From contig JAUYOL010000043.1 of NCBI GenBank assembly GCA_030695905.1, positions 128,998-192,997 of the forward strand: DNA of 64,000 nucleotides, given 5' to 3'. This stretch comes from Candidatus Omnitrophota bacterium. GTDB taxonomy: Bacteria > Omnitrophota > Gorgyraeia > 2-01-FULL-45-10. Under the pieces are notes generated by a model, which worked only from the letters and a program-made list of their open reading frames with translations, was not told the DNA's origin and made no database searches. The position numbers and the translations under genes were made by a program. This document shows, piece by piece, positions 18,699 through 29,885 of the stretch; the stretch's first letter is position 1, and the number at the start of each line of letters is the position of its first letter.

Positions 18699-19952
18699 CT
18701 ATTCCTTTACCTTTTCCTTTATTGTAGTTATGATTTCGTCAAACTTTACCGCGGTCTGCTCTTTCGTATTCATATTCCTTAAGGCGGCTTCGCCTTTGGC
18801 TATCTCGTCTTCGCCGACTATCAGGACAAATTTCGCGCCCGCTCCATCGGCGGCCCTCATCTGCGCTTTCAGCGACTTGCCCTCAAAATCCATATCGCAG
18901 GAGACGCCGTCCTTTCTCAAATCATTTAAAAGTTCGAATGCTTTTGAATGAGCGGCCTCACCTATTGTAGCGATAAAAACATTTAACTCTTTCTTTGCCG
19001 CGGCCTCTTTAAGGACTATCATCATCCTGTCTACACCCAACGCGAACCCGCATGAGCCGACATCCGGTCCGCCCATATCTAAAGATAAGTTGTCATATCT
19101 TCCACCCGCGCCTATCGCGTCTTTGGAACCTAAGCCTTCGTGTGTTATCTCAAAAACGGTCCTTGTGTAGTAATCCAACCCTCTTACAATATAAGGATCC
19201 AGTTCATAATTTATCCCTAAGCCACTTACAAGTTTTATAGCCTTATCAAAATGCGCTCTGCAATCGCTGCATATAAAGTCGGCCTCTTTGAATATTTTCC
19301 TGACAGATTCTCTGCAACCGTCATTTTTGCAATCAAGTACCCTTAAGGGGTTCATCTTTATCCTATTTTTACAATCATCACAAAGGTGCGCGCCCTTAGC
19401 GTCATCGAATGCGGATTTAAGCATCTTTGACAAATTCTTCTTATCTTCCTTACATCCAAGGTTATTTAATTTTATCTTATATCCGCTTATACCCGCACTA
19501 TCCAACAGTCTGGCTGCAAGCGAAATGACTTCAGCGTCTATTGCAGGGCTTAGTGAACCTATGGCCTCGACGCCTATTTGATGAAACTGCCTTAAGCGTC
19601 CTGCCTGCGGCCTTTCAGCCCTGAAAAATGGGCCTATGTAATACAATTTCTGGAACTGTGATGCTTTATCAAGATTATTTTCAATATACGAGCGCATAAT
19701 AGGCGCAGTGCCTTCGGGACGAAGAGATATATTCCTTTCTCCTCTATCCACAAAAGAGAACATCTCCTTACTCACTATATCGGTATCCTGTCCGATATTC
19801 TTTATAAATAGCGCGGTCTCTTCGATTATCGGCGTCCTGATCTCTTCGTAATTATAGAGATGCAATACGGCGCGCGCGGCTTTTTCTGTCTGCTGCCAAA
19901 GCGGCGCCTGGGACGGTAATATATCCTTGGTCCCGCGGATCGCTTTTATCAC
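18699..19952 (-). CDS. hisS: Histidine-tRNA ligase
   Basis: RGTKD, LRPEGTA, RPQAGRLRQFHQ, VRGLDYY, GGRYD. Confidence 0.98.
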   Translation of the reverse strand: MIKAIRGTKDILPSQAPLWQQTEKAARAVLHLYNYEEIRTPIIEETALFIKNIGQDTDIVSKEMFSFVDRGERNISLRPEGTAPIMRSYIENNLDKASQFQKLYYIGPFFRAERPQAGRLRQFHQIGVEAIGSLSPAIDAEVISLAARLLDSAGISGYKIKLNNLGCKEDKKNLSKMLKSAFDDAKGAHLCDDCKNRIKMNPLRVLDCKNDGCRESVRKIFKEADFICSDCRAHFDKAIKLVSGLGINYELDPYIVRGLDYYTRTVFEITHEGLGSKDAIGAGGRYDNLSLDMGGPDVGSCGFALGVDRMMIVLKEAAAKKELNVFIATIGEAAHSKAFELLNDLRKDGVSCDMDFEGKSLKAQMRAADGAGAKFVLIVGEDEIAKGEAALRNMNTKEQTAVKFDEIITTIKEKVKE

Positions 19953-20224
19953 TTCATCACCTTCTTCTTCATTATCATTCCGGACTTAAAGGTAACTATT
20001 CTCTTTTCAGGAATCGGCACGGTTACGCCCGTCTTGGGATTTCTGCCCACCCTGGCCTTTCTCGTCTTCACTTTAAATATACCGAAATTACGCAATTCAA
20101 CAGTCTCGCCCTTGGTAAGGGCCAGAACTATCTGGTCCAGCGTTTTCTGCACGACCTTCTTCACATCTATCTGTTTAATGCCGGTCTCTTCCGCTATCTT
20201 AAGTACTATCTCTTTTTTTGTCAT
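19949..20224 (-). CDS. HU/IHF family DNA-binding protein
   Basis: MTKKEIV, LRNFGIF, GRNPKTG. Confidence 0.93.
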   Translation of the reverse strand: MTKKEIVLKIAEETGIKQIDVKKVVQKTLDQIVLALTKGETVELRNFGIFKVKTRKARVGRNPKTGVTVPIPEKRIVTFKSGMIMKKKVMK

Positions 20225-20667
20225 TTAAAACCTCCCCGTAGCTTGTCTATAAAATTTTGCTCAAAAAACCTTTTGAAATACACGCCCGCAGGGCTGAACT
20301 GCTCCAGTCTTCTTTTATTATTCTTAAGCCTCTCCAGGATGCTGTTTAAAAAAACATACGAATCTCTCCAATCGGCTTCGACTTTTTTAAGATTATTTTC
20401 CGCCATAAAACGCACATTATCTATCTGTAATATGTCACTGACCGGATCGGTAAGTCTGGAATATGGGGCATACTTAAAATCGAGGCCGTTCTTCAATTCA
20501 TCATACTTATTTTTTATCAGCCCTTTTGTTTCTAAAAATTTCGTCTCCTCTTCTTTGCTGATAGTATCTTTTGATACCACGCCTGAATATATGGAATGAA
20601 ATTTCACCCAAAATTCGAGAAAGCCGCCTACTACCTTTATATCGGATTCGATTTTTTTATCAATCAT
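20221..20667 (-). CDS. Hypothetical protein, 148 aa
   Basis: Coding-strand ORF, ATGA-coupled to the HU gene, TTGACA upstream; no family recognised. Confidence 0.7.
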   Translation of the reverse strand: MIDKKIESDIKVVGGFLEFWVKFHSIYSGVVSKDTISKEEETKFLETKGLIKNKYDELKNGLDFKYAPYSRLTDPVSDILQIDNVRFMAENNLKKVEADWRDSYVFLNSILERLKNNKRRLEQFSPAGVYFKRFFEQNFIDKLRGGFK

Positions 20668-20726
20668 AAGATATTGTTCTATAAGGAGTTATGATAACAT
20701 TGCGAGGCAGCGATTGTCAATAAGAT

Positions 20727-23700
20727 TTAGACCTTGAAATTCACTACGTCTCTACCCAGGACTTTTTCTATATCCCTGACCAAACCTTCATGAGGCTCTA
20801 CCAACAACCCCTGGCTTGCGGATACCGTCGTGCGCTTCCCGTCCGGTTTTACAAAATTTAAATATACAGGAACGCGTCCAGGGTAGCGCGACAGGACTTT
20901 TTTCAAGTTCTCGAGGCTGTTTTTCTCCAGGCCCGCGGTCAATACATTAACAAGTATGGCTTTGGTATACTTTGCCCGGACGGAGTCGAGCGTAACTATT
21001 TCATTCGCTATTATCTTGGGCTCTTCCTCCCGCAGGCTTAGCCGTCCTTTGACAAACACTATCGCGTCCGGCTTGACAAGTCCGCCATGCTTCGCGAATG
21101 TCACGGGAAAGACCAGCACCCCTACCGTGCCGTTTAGATCTTCCAGCGTAACTATGGCCATCTTTTCATTGGTCTTTTTCGTTGTGGTAAATTTCGCGCT
21201 TGAAATTATCCCGCCTATAAGCACTTCATCGCCGTCATGCATATTTCTAAGCTGAGTGGTATTGCATGTAGAATAAGTATTGAGCATCTTCTCGAATCTG
21301 GCTAGCGGATGTTTTGTTATATAAAAGCCTATCATCTCTTTTTCCTGGGCGAGCAGCTGATTTTCCGGCCATTCCGGTATATTGGGTGTGTCTTGGAATG
21401 TCTTTTTAAAATTTTCCTGGTCCTCGAACTTTTCGAAGAATGACAACTGCCCATTGAGCCTGTCTTTATGCACATCTCCGGCCGCTTCAAGAGCCTTGTC
21501 CACCATCGCTGAAAGCTGTGACCTGAAGAGCCCCAGGGAATCCATCGCTCCGCACTTTATCAGGCTCTCTACAACCTTCCTATTAACGAGCCGCGGGTCC
21601 ACCTTTCCGCTGAAGTCATATATAGATTTAAATTTTCCGTTCTTCTCGCGCATTTTGATTATCGATTCTATCGCGCCGTCTCCCACGTTCTTGATAGCGG
21701 CAAGGCCAAAACGAATAGAATCGCCCACTACTGTAAAGTTGGCGTAACTTTCGTTTATGTCCGGAGGCAGAATCTTTATTCCCATCCTGCCGGCCTCATT
21801 TATATAGATAGCTATCTTATCGAGGTTATCTTTTTCACTCGTTAGAAGTGCCGCCATGAACTCCACTGAATAATTAGCTTTCAGGTAAGCTGTCCTGAAA
21901 CTTATCAGGGCATACGCCGTAGAATGGGATTTATTAAACCCGTAACCGGCAAAGTACTCTATAAGATTAAATACTTTTTCTGCGGTCCGCCTCTCTATTC
22001 TATTTTTTAGGCACCCTTCCACAAAGTGCTGCCTCATCTGAGCCATTACTTCGGGCGTCTTTTTAGCCATAGCACGCCTTAAGTTATCGGCTTGAGCCAG
22101 TGTAAACCCGGCAAGACTTGAGGCTATCCTCATCGCCTGTTCCTGATATAATATGACCCCGTATGTCTCTTTTAATATCGGCTCCAAGAGTTTATGGTCA
22201 TATTTCATTTCAACTTCGCCGTGCTTTCTCTTCATGAAGTCATCCAGCATACCTGAACCTATAGGCCCGGGCCTGAAAAGCGCCAGAAGCGCTATTATAT
22301 CCTCGAATTTTTCCGGTTTTAATTTCTTTAAAAGATCTCTCATCCCGGAACTTTCAAGCTGGAACACGCCTATAGACTCGGCATTGGCGAGCAACTTGTA
22401 TGTCTTCCTGTCATCCGATGTAATCTTTGAAAAATCTATATCGGTATTTTTTGTGCGTTTTATTATCTTTATCGCTTCACTTATTACCGTAAGAGTCCTT
22501 AAACCCAATAGGTCCATCTTAAGCAGTCCTATCTTCTCAAGGGAAGTCATTGGATATCCGGTAGAGATCTGCCCATCCTGGGTTTTGTAAAGAGGCGCGT
22601 GATTAACCAGGCCCTTTTCGCTTATTACGACTCCGGCGGCATGGGTGGAAGCATGGCGGGTAAGCCCCTCGAGGACTAAAGACGCGTCTATCAACCGGGT
22701 TATCTTAGGATCAGTCCTATATAAAGTCTTTAGCTCCGGTTCCTGTTCTATAGCGTGTTCTAAAGTTATATTAAGTTCGGTCGGGACCAGCTTCGCTATT
22801 CTGTCAACATCTCCATAAGCCATGCCCAGCGCCCTGCCCACGTCCCTGATAACCGCCTTTGCCATCATCGTTCCGAATGTTATTATCTGAGCGACATTTT
22901 CCTTGGAATATTTCTTTACGACGTAATCTATTACCTCGCCGCGCCTTTCATAGCAGAAGTCTATATCTATATCCGGCAGGCTTATCCTTTCGGGGTTTAA
23001 GAACCTTTCGAAGAGAAGGTCGTATTTTAGAGGATCTATATCGGTAATGCCCAGCGCGTAACTTACTACGCTGCCCGCGGCGCTGCCCCTTCCCGGCCCG
23101 ACAGGTATGGAGTGCTCTTTAGCGTAATTTACAAGATCCCAGACTATCAAGAAGTAGCTTGGATAACCGAAGTTTTCTATAATCTTTAGTTCGTGTTCAA
23201 CGCGGTGAATTATGGCTTTGTCTATATTCTCATAGCGCCTCTTTAAACCTTCCTGCACAAGATCCCGAAGATATGATTCGCGCGTCTTTCCTTCCGGCAC
23301 TTTATATTGAGGCAGGTGCACCGATTTAAAATTCAATTCGAGGTTACATTTTTCCGCTATCGCAACCGTATTCTTCAGCGCTTCAGGGATCGTACTGCCG
23401 AATGTCCGGGCCATATCATTATAGGATTTAAAATAAAATTCGTCAGTCTGCAACCTCATCCTGTTAGGATCATCGATGTTTGTTTGTGTCTGTATACACA
23501 AAAGAAGGTCGTGCGCTCTCGAATGATCCCTTTCTATATAATGGACATCGTTTGTGGCAACGAGCCCTAAAGACAATTCTTTGGACATCTTTACAAGCTC
23601 TGTATTGACCGCATCCTGTTCGGGTATGCCATTGTCCTGGACCTCAAGATAAAAATTATCTTTGCCGAAGATACTTTTGTACTCGTCGGCTGTCTTCCTG

Positions 23701-24173
23701 GCCTGGTCAAGCTGATTGGTATGTATAAGATGGGGTATCTCTCCTTTAAGACAGCTGGAGAGGCACACGAGACCGTCCTTATGCTGTGACAATATCTCTT
23801 TATCTATGCGGGGGCGATAATAGAATCCTTCGAGAAATCCCGCGGATGTAAGTTTTAGAAGATTTTTATATCCGGTTTCATTTCTGGCGAGCAATATAAG
23901 ATGGTATGACGCTTCCTGAATACCGCGGCTTGTTTTGTCAAACCTTGAGTCCGGAGCTATGTAGACTTCGCATCCTATGATGGGCTTCACTCCGACCTTC
24001 ATAGCCATATCATAGAACTCTATCGCGCCGAACATATTGCCGTGATCCGTTATCGCGCAGGCAGGCATCCTATGTTCGCGTACTTTATGCAGAAGTTTTT
24101 CCAACAGGCATGCGCCATCTAAAAGGCTATACTGCGTGTGGACGTGCAGGTGCACGAAATCGGAGTGATTCAT
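20727..24173 (-). CDS. dnaE: DNA polymerase III alpha subunit
   Basis: PHP HLHVHTQYSLLDG, GPGRGSAAGS, PDIDIDF, YGFNKSH. Confidence 0.98.
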   Translation of the reverse strand: MNHSDFVHLHVHTQYSLLDGACLLEKLLHKVREHRMPACAITDHGNMFGAIEFYDMAMKVGVKPIIGCEVYIAPDSRFDKTSRGIQEASYHLILLARNETGYKNLLKLTSAGFLEGFYYRPRIDKEILSQHKDGLVCLSSCLKGEIPHLIHTNQLDQARKTADEYKSIFGKDNFYLEVQDNGIPEQDAVNTELVKMSKELSLGLVATNDVHYIERDHSRAHDLLLCIQTQTNIDDPNRMRLQTDEFYFKSYNDMARTFGSTIPEALKNTVAIAEKCNLELNFKSVHLPQYKVPEGKTRESYLRDLVQEGLKRRYENIDKAIIHRVEHELKIIENFGYPSYFLIVWDLVNYAKEHSIPVGPGRGSAAGSVVSYALGITDIDPLKYDLLFERFLNPERISLPDIDIDFCYERRGEVIDYVVKKYSKENVAQIITFGTMMAKAVIRDVGRALGMAYGDVDRIAKLVPTELNITLEHAIEQEPELKTLYRTDPKITRLIDASLVLEGLTRHASTHAAGVVISEKGLVNHAPLYKTQDGQISTGYPMTSLEKIGLLKMDLLGLRTLTVISEAIKIIKRTKNTDIDFSKITSDDRKTYKLLANAESIGVFQLESSGMRDLLKKLKPEKFEDIIALLALFRPGPIGSGMLDDFMKRKHGEVEMKYDHKLLEPILKETYGVILYQEQAMRIASSLAGFTLAQADNLRRAMAKKTPEVMAQMRQHFVEGCLKNRIERRTAEKVFNLIEYFAGYGFNKSHSTAYALISFRTAYLKANYSVEFMAALLTSEKDNLDKIAIYINEAGRMGIKILPPDINESYANFTVVGDSIRFGLAAIKNVGDGAIESIIKMREKNGKFKSIYDFSGKVDPRLVNRKVVESLIKCGAMDSLGLFRSQLSAMVDKALEAAGDVHKDRLNGQLSFFEKFEDQENFKKTFQDTPNIPEWPENQLLAQEKEMIGFYITKHPLARFEKMLNTYSTCNTTQLRNMHDGDEVLIGGIISSAKFTTTKKTNEKMAIVTLEDLNGTVGVLVFPVTFAKHGGLVKPDAIVFVKGRLSLREEEPKIIANEIVTLDSVRAKYTKAILVNVLTAGLEKNSLENLKKVLSRYPGRVPVYLNFVKPDGKRTTVSASQGLLVEPHEGLVRDIEKVLGRDVVNFKV

Positions 24174-24195
24174 CGTGAGTCTTTACTTATGCGAG

Positions 24196-25359
24196 TTATT
24201 TACCCATTCCAACCCGCTGAGCGACTTGGAATACTTTTCCTTCTGTCTGTATGGACGGTGCTATAATTATTTCGGCCTTGTGCATCTGGTCGATATTTTT
24301 TGCGCCTACGTTGCCCATAGATGTCTGCAGCGCCCCCATAAGATTCTGTGAGCCGTCATCTACTTTCGCGGGGCCGAACAATATCTCTTCGAGTGTTCCC
24401 GTTACGCCCACCTTCACCCGTGTGCCGCGCGGAAGATTCGCGTGCGGCGTTGCCATGCCCCAGTGATTGCCTTTGCCCGGAGCCTCTTTTGATCTTGCGA
24501 ATGCCGAGCCGACCATTACAGCGTCCGCTCCACAGGCGAAAGCTTTGCATATATCTCCGCCGGTTGTCATTCCACCGTCGGTAATAATGGGGATATATCG
24601 TTTCGATTTTTTATAGTACGTGTCCCTGGCCGCGGCGCAATCTATAGTGGTAGTAACCTGGGGAACTCCTATGCCTAAGACTCCGCGCGTGGTACACGCG
24701 GCGCCCGGGCCAACGCCTACTAAAAGCCCGCTGACGCCTGTCTGCATAAGGTCCAAAGCGACTTCATAGGTGACGCAGTTGCCGACTACTATCGGCATCT
24801 TCATCTTTTTGCAGAATTTCTTGAAATCGAGCGCTTTATACTTTGAGGAGTAATGTTTGACCGTGGAAACCGTGGATTGAACTACGAATATATCGGCGCC
24901 CGCTTCCTGCGCGATCTCCGCGCAACGTTCGGCTCTCTGTGGAATCGCGCTGACGGCGACCGGCACGCCGGCTTGCTTAATCTGATCTATCCTCTTTGCT
25001 ATTAAACTCTCTTTTATAGGCTCGGCATATACACCCTGCACCAACTCCGTGGCTTTTCCAAGTTCTGCGGACGCTATTTTATCAAGGACTTCATCGGGAT
25101 TTTCATAACGTGTCTGTACGCCTTCGAGATTTAATACGGCTAAACCGCCTAATTTACCCATCGCTATCGCGAATCTAACATCGACAACCCCATCCATAGC
25201 AGCCGCGATTATAGGGACACGAAATTTTTTGCCTCCGATCGACCAGGATATGTCAACATCGGTTGGATCTATAGTTACCCTTCCCGGAACAAGGGCTATC
25301 TCATCAAAGCCGTAACAACGCCTTGCTTTTCTCTCAACTCCTATATAAAATTGCGCCAT
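24196..25359 (-). CDS. guaB: IMP dehydrogenase-related protein (GuaB3 type, no CBS domains)
   Basis: YGFDEIALVP, AAMDGV, GVGPGAACTTRGVLGIGVPQ, TDGG, LPRGTRV. Confidence 0.88.
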   Translation of the reverse strand: MAQFYIGVERKARRCYGFDEIALVPGRVTIDPTDVDISWSIGGKKFRVPIIAAAMDGVVDVRFAIAMGKLGGLAVLNLEGVQTRYENPDEVLDKIASAELGKATELVQGVYAEPIKESLIAKRIDQIKQAGVPVAVSAIPQRAERCAEIAQEAGADIFVVQSTVSTVKHYSSKYKALDFKKFCKKMKMPIVVGNCVTYEVALDLMQTGVSGLLVGVGPGAACTTRGVLGIGVPQVTTTIDCAAARDTYYKKSKRYIPIITDGGMTTGGDICKAFACGADAVMVGSAFARSKEAPGKGNHWGMATPHANLPRGTRVKVGVTGTLEEILFGPAKVDDGSQNLMGALQTSMGNVGAKNIDQMHKAEIIIAPSIQTEGKVFQVAQRVGMGK

Positions 25360-25432
25360 GATTCTCCTCTCAATTTTGTTTTGGGAGTATTATAATATAG
25401 AATTAACTTGGTTTTGTCAAGTTAATCTAATA

Positions 25433-25470
25433 AAATTGGGGCTTTAGGATATCACCCAAAGCCCCAATTT
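25433..25470 (-). terminator. Hairpin terminator after groL
   Basis: 13-bp stem AAATTGGGGCTTT/AAAGCCCCAATTT with A/T tails. Confidence 0.75.
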
Positions 25471-25514
25471 CTTTAACTATAACCCTAAGATCTTACGAGC
25501 CTAAGGCCTTATTC

Positions 25515-27469
<1,955 letters not shown>

Positions 27470-27505
27470 ATTGCCACCCTCCTTTTTATTTTGATATAGT
27501 TCAAA

Positions 27506-27532
27506 TTAGCACTCACCAAAATCGAGTGCTAA
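27506..27532. promoter_or_regulatory. CIRCE element (HrcA operator)
   Basis: Exact TTAGCACTC-N9-GAGTGCTAA between promoter and groES. Confidence 0.97.
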
Positions 27533-27541
27533 CAAAGTAGT

Positions 27542-27569
27542 ATTATACAGACTAACGAAATTTTGTCAA
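27542..27569 (-). promoter_or_regulatory. Sigma70-type promoter of groESL
   Basis: TTGACA-16 nt-TATAAT. Confidence 0.8.
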
Positions 27570-27673
27570 GAATTTTTGTAATTTTTTTATTCGCTTCTGG
27601 CTTATGACCGGAATTCACTAATGGCAGGATTGACAAAAACGCAGTGTGGTGATATTATTTATGAACCTTTGGC

Positions 27674-27747
27674 GCGGGAGTAGTTCAATGGTAGAACACG
27701 AGCCTTCCAAGCTCGTTGCGTGGGTTCGATTCCCATCTCCCGCTCCA
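27674..27747 (+). tRNA. tRNA-Gly(TCC)
   Basis: GCGGGAG/CTCCCGC acceptor, anticodon loop CTTCCAA, GGTTCGATTCC T-arm, encoded CCA; TTGACA near 27630. Confidence 0.96.
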
Positions 27748-27848
27748 CATCGCCTACCTCTCTCCCGACCCACTCTTCAAGCTATTCCTTACAGCTAGGA
27801 TTTATTAATACTGGTGGTGAGGGTTCGTCATGAACCGAACATACGAAA

Positions 27849-28040
27849 TTATTTTATCGAAAAAGGAACGTCAACGCGCATGACAAGTTCATCCTTTTTT
27901 GATAGCTTGTTTTTATGAAAATATTTATGGGTGAAATTTACAAATTCGATGTAATCATTCATCGATAACCATTTATGCTGTTCCGGAATACATTTTCCAA
28001 CCGGTAAATTTAGTTTCTCCATATCTAATCGAGATTTCAT
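27849..28040 (-). CDS. Small hypothetical protein (63 aa), partner of nucleotidyltransferase
   Basis: ATGA overlap with upstream NTase gene. Confidence 0.65.
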   Translation of the reverse strand: MKSRLDMEKLNLPVGKCIPEQHKWLSMNDYIEFVNFTHKYFHKNKLSKKDELVMRVDVPFSIK

Positions 28041-28582
28041 ACATTACCACCCATGGCCTTTAATATAGTTTGATACATCTCTTCACTACTATATTTTAAA
28101 CACATTTCTTTAAACCGTTTATCGCTATAATCGACTTTGTTCATTTTAATTAAATTTATAATATCCGGCAAGTCTTTCCACATTCTATTCTTTTGATTGT
28201 TCTTTATAGCATGAAGCTTTAAAGCTATCAAATGATTGACGGATGGAATGACCAACTTCTCTCCGACAACGTCAATCTCTTTCCCGTCTTTTATTATCTT
28301 CTCTCGCGTCGCTTGATCAACAATCATAAAATCGACATCTAAATTTTCCTTTTTGTTCGAGAACCGCACCGTTACCTCTGTCGCAAACTCTTTCGCATAG
28401 CCCGCATTAATCAGCGCGTCTTTTATCTTTGTGAAATCTTCCTTAGTGGTTAAAAAATCGACATCGAGGGTATCGCGTGTAACCTTATAGAAATTTACAG
28501 CAAAACCGCCTATAAGTATGCACGGTACGGCCGATCTCTTCGACGCTTCAGCAACAAGGTGAAACACTTTTGAATAATCCAT
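28037..28582 (-). CDS. Pol-beta-superfamily nucleotidyltransferase
   Basis: LIGGFAV...RDTLDVDF (GG-A...RxTxDxD), third Asp in VDF, LIALKLHA...KDLPD. Confidence 0.8.
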   Translation of the reverse strand: MDYSKVFHLVAEASKRSAVPCILIGGFAVNFYKVTRDTLDVDFLTTKEDFTKIKDALINAGYAKEFATEVTVRFSNKKENLDVDFMIVDQATREKIIKDGKEIDVVGEKLVIPSVNHLIALKLHAIKNNQKNRMWKDLPDIINLIKMNKVDYSDKRFKEMCLKYSSEEMYQTILKAMGGNV

Positions 28583-28758
28583 GTAGCGTATTATACAGAA
28601 AAAAGTCCGGAAACGGAAGAAGATTAATCAGATGGAATTTTTCTTTTTTATAGCGCTGTGGCAACGGCCTCTTGGGATTTCTGCCAATCTGTAATTGTTC
28701 TGTAATCTATGGTCTTTGATGTCGCAAGAGTTAAAAATACTTGAGTAAAGTTGGCCTG

Positions 28759-28855
28759 CCATGAACCTGAGCTTTGCCCCGTACCAGTCGCAGCCCTTTC
28801 AGGGCTCCTCCGGTACAGGGCATGAACCCTACAAGGCAAAGCGAATGGTTCATGG
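28759..28855. repeat. Nested inverted-repeat element abutting the tRNA-Tyr CCA end
   Basis: CCATGAACC/GGTTCATGG, GCTTTGCC/GGCAAAGC, GTACC/GGTAC and AGCCCT/AGGGCT nested stems. Confidence 0.65.
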
Positions 28856-28938
28856 TGGTGAGAGGTGGATTCGAACCACCGAAGGCTTGCGCCGTCAGAT
28901 TTACAGTCTGATCCATTTGGCCGCTTTGGTATCTCACC
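28853..28938 (-). tRNA. tRNA-Tyr(GTA)
   Basis: GGTGAGA/TCTCACC acceptor, loop CTGTAAA, long variable arm, encoded CCA. Confidence 0.96.
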
Positions 28939-28955
28939 GCAATTACTTGAAGAAC

Positions 28956-29031
28956 TGGAGCTAGCAGAGGGGATCGAACCCCCGACCTATGGTTTACAAA
29001 ACCATTGCTCTACCAGCTGAGCTATGCTAGC
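28956..29031 (-). tRNA. tRNA-Thr(TGT)
   Basis: GCTAGCA/TGCTAGC acceptor, stem ATGGT/ACCAT with loop TTTGTAA, encoded CCA. Confidence 0.96.
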
Positions 29032-29885
29032 TTTCTTAAAACTTCCGGTAATTTATTTAAAAGATCGGTCGCTGTTAAACTTAAAATGCCTTTTTCTTTT
29101 GCCGCTATATCGCCTGCCAGGCCGTGAAAATATACAGCCGTTATCGACGCGTCAAATGGTTCCAGGCCCTGGCCTATGAACGAAGCTATCATGCCTGTTA
29201 GACAATCTCCCGTCCCGCCCGTCGCCATACCGACATTTCCTGTTTCATTGATGTAATAATCACCGCTCGGTTTTGCGACTATAGTCTGATGGCCCTTAAG
29301 AACCAGGACGATATTATACGCAGCAGCGAAGCTTAATGCAATATCTTTTCTATTATTCTGTACTTCCGAAACATCTTTACCGAGCAACCTCGCCATTTCA
29401 CCCGGATGCGGAGTAAGTACCATAGAGCTGTGATTCTTCTGCAGCGTATCAACATGTCCAACAACCGCGTTTATGCCATCCGCGTCCAACACGATAGGCC
29501 TCTCTATCTTACCTATCAGGCTCCTGACAAGCGATTGGGTCTCTCTATTCTGCGAGATTCCCGGACCGATGACGACGCAATCGCAATGCTGTGCAAAACT
29601 AAGGATCTCCTTCTCCGCCAAAAGGCTTAAGGAGCAGTCCTTGGTCTCAAAAAACGGCTTTACCATTACCTCTGTTAACTTTGTCGCCATTATAGGATAT
29701 ATACTCTTGCCCACCGCAAGAGTAACGAGTCCGCTTCCGGAAAGAAGGGCCGATTGACTGGCCAAGTACGCGGCTCCGGTATAACCGGATGAGCCGGCGA
29801 TCACTAACACATGGCCGAAATCTTTTTTATTCGCTTCCGGTTTTCTTTTTGGAAAACCCGCCAGGACATCCTCTATCTTTCTCAT
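29022..29885 (-). CDS. nnrD: ADP-dependent NAD(P)H-hydrate dehydratase (stand-alone NnrD)
   Basis: NKKDFGHVLVIAGS, LDADG, LTPHPGEM, MATGGTGD. Confidence 0.93.
   Translation of the reverse strand: MRKIEDVLAGFPKRKPEANKKDFGHVLVIAGSSGYTGAAYLASQSALLSGSGLVTLAVGKSIYPIMATKLTEVMVKPFFETKDCSLSLLAEKEILSFAQHCDCVVIGPGISQNRETQSLVRSLIGKIERPIVLDADGINAVVGHVDTLQKNHSSMVLTPHPGEMARLLGKDVSEVQNNRKDIALSFAAAYNIVLVLKGHQTIVAKPSGDYYINETGNVGMATGGTGDCLTGMIASFIGQGLEPFDASITAVYFHGLAGDIAAKEKGILSLTATDLLNKLPEVLRKLA

Noticed and set aside
20727-24173. Possible intein or split in dnaE
   Set aside because: Normal length with contiguous motifs and no intein signatures.
27812-27821. Definite attL/attR pair with tRNA-Tyr
   Set aside because: Only 10 bp match and no integrase; kept as a weak hint, not a feature.
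28648-28964. Short ORFs 28648-28839, 28731-28937, 28761-28964
   Set aside because: They run through tRNA-Tyr and its hairpin trailer; not protein-like.
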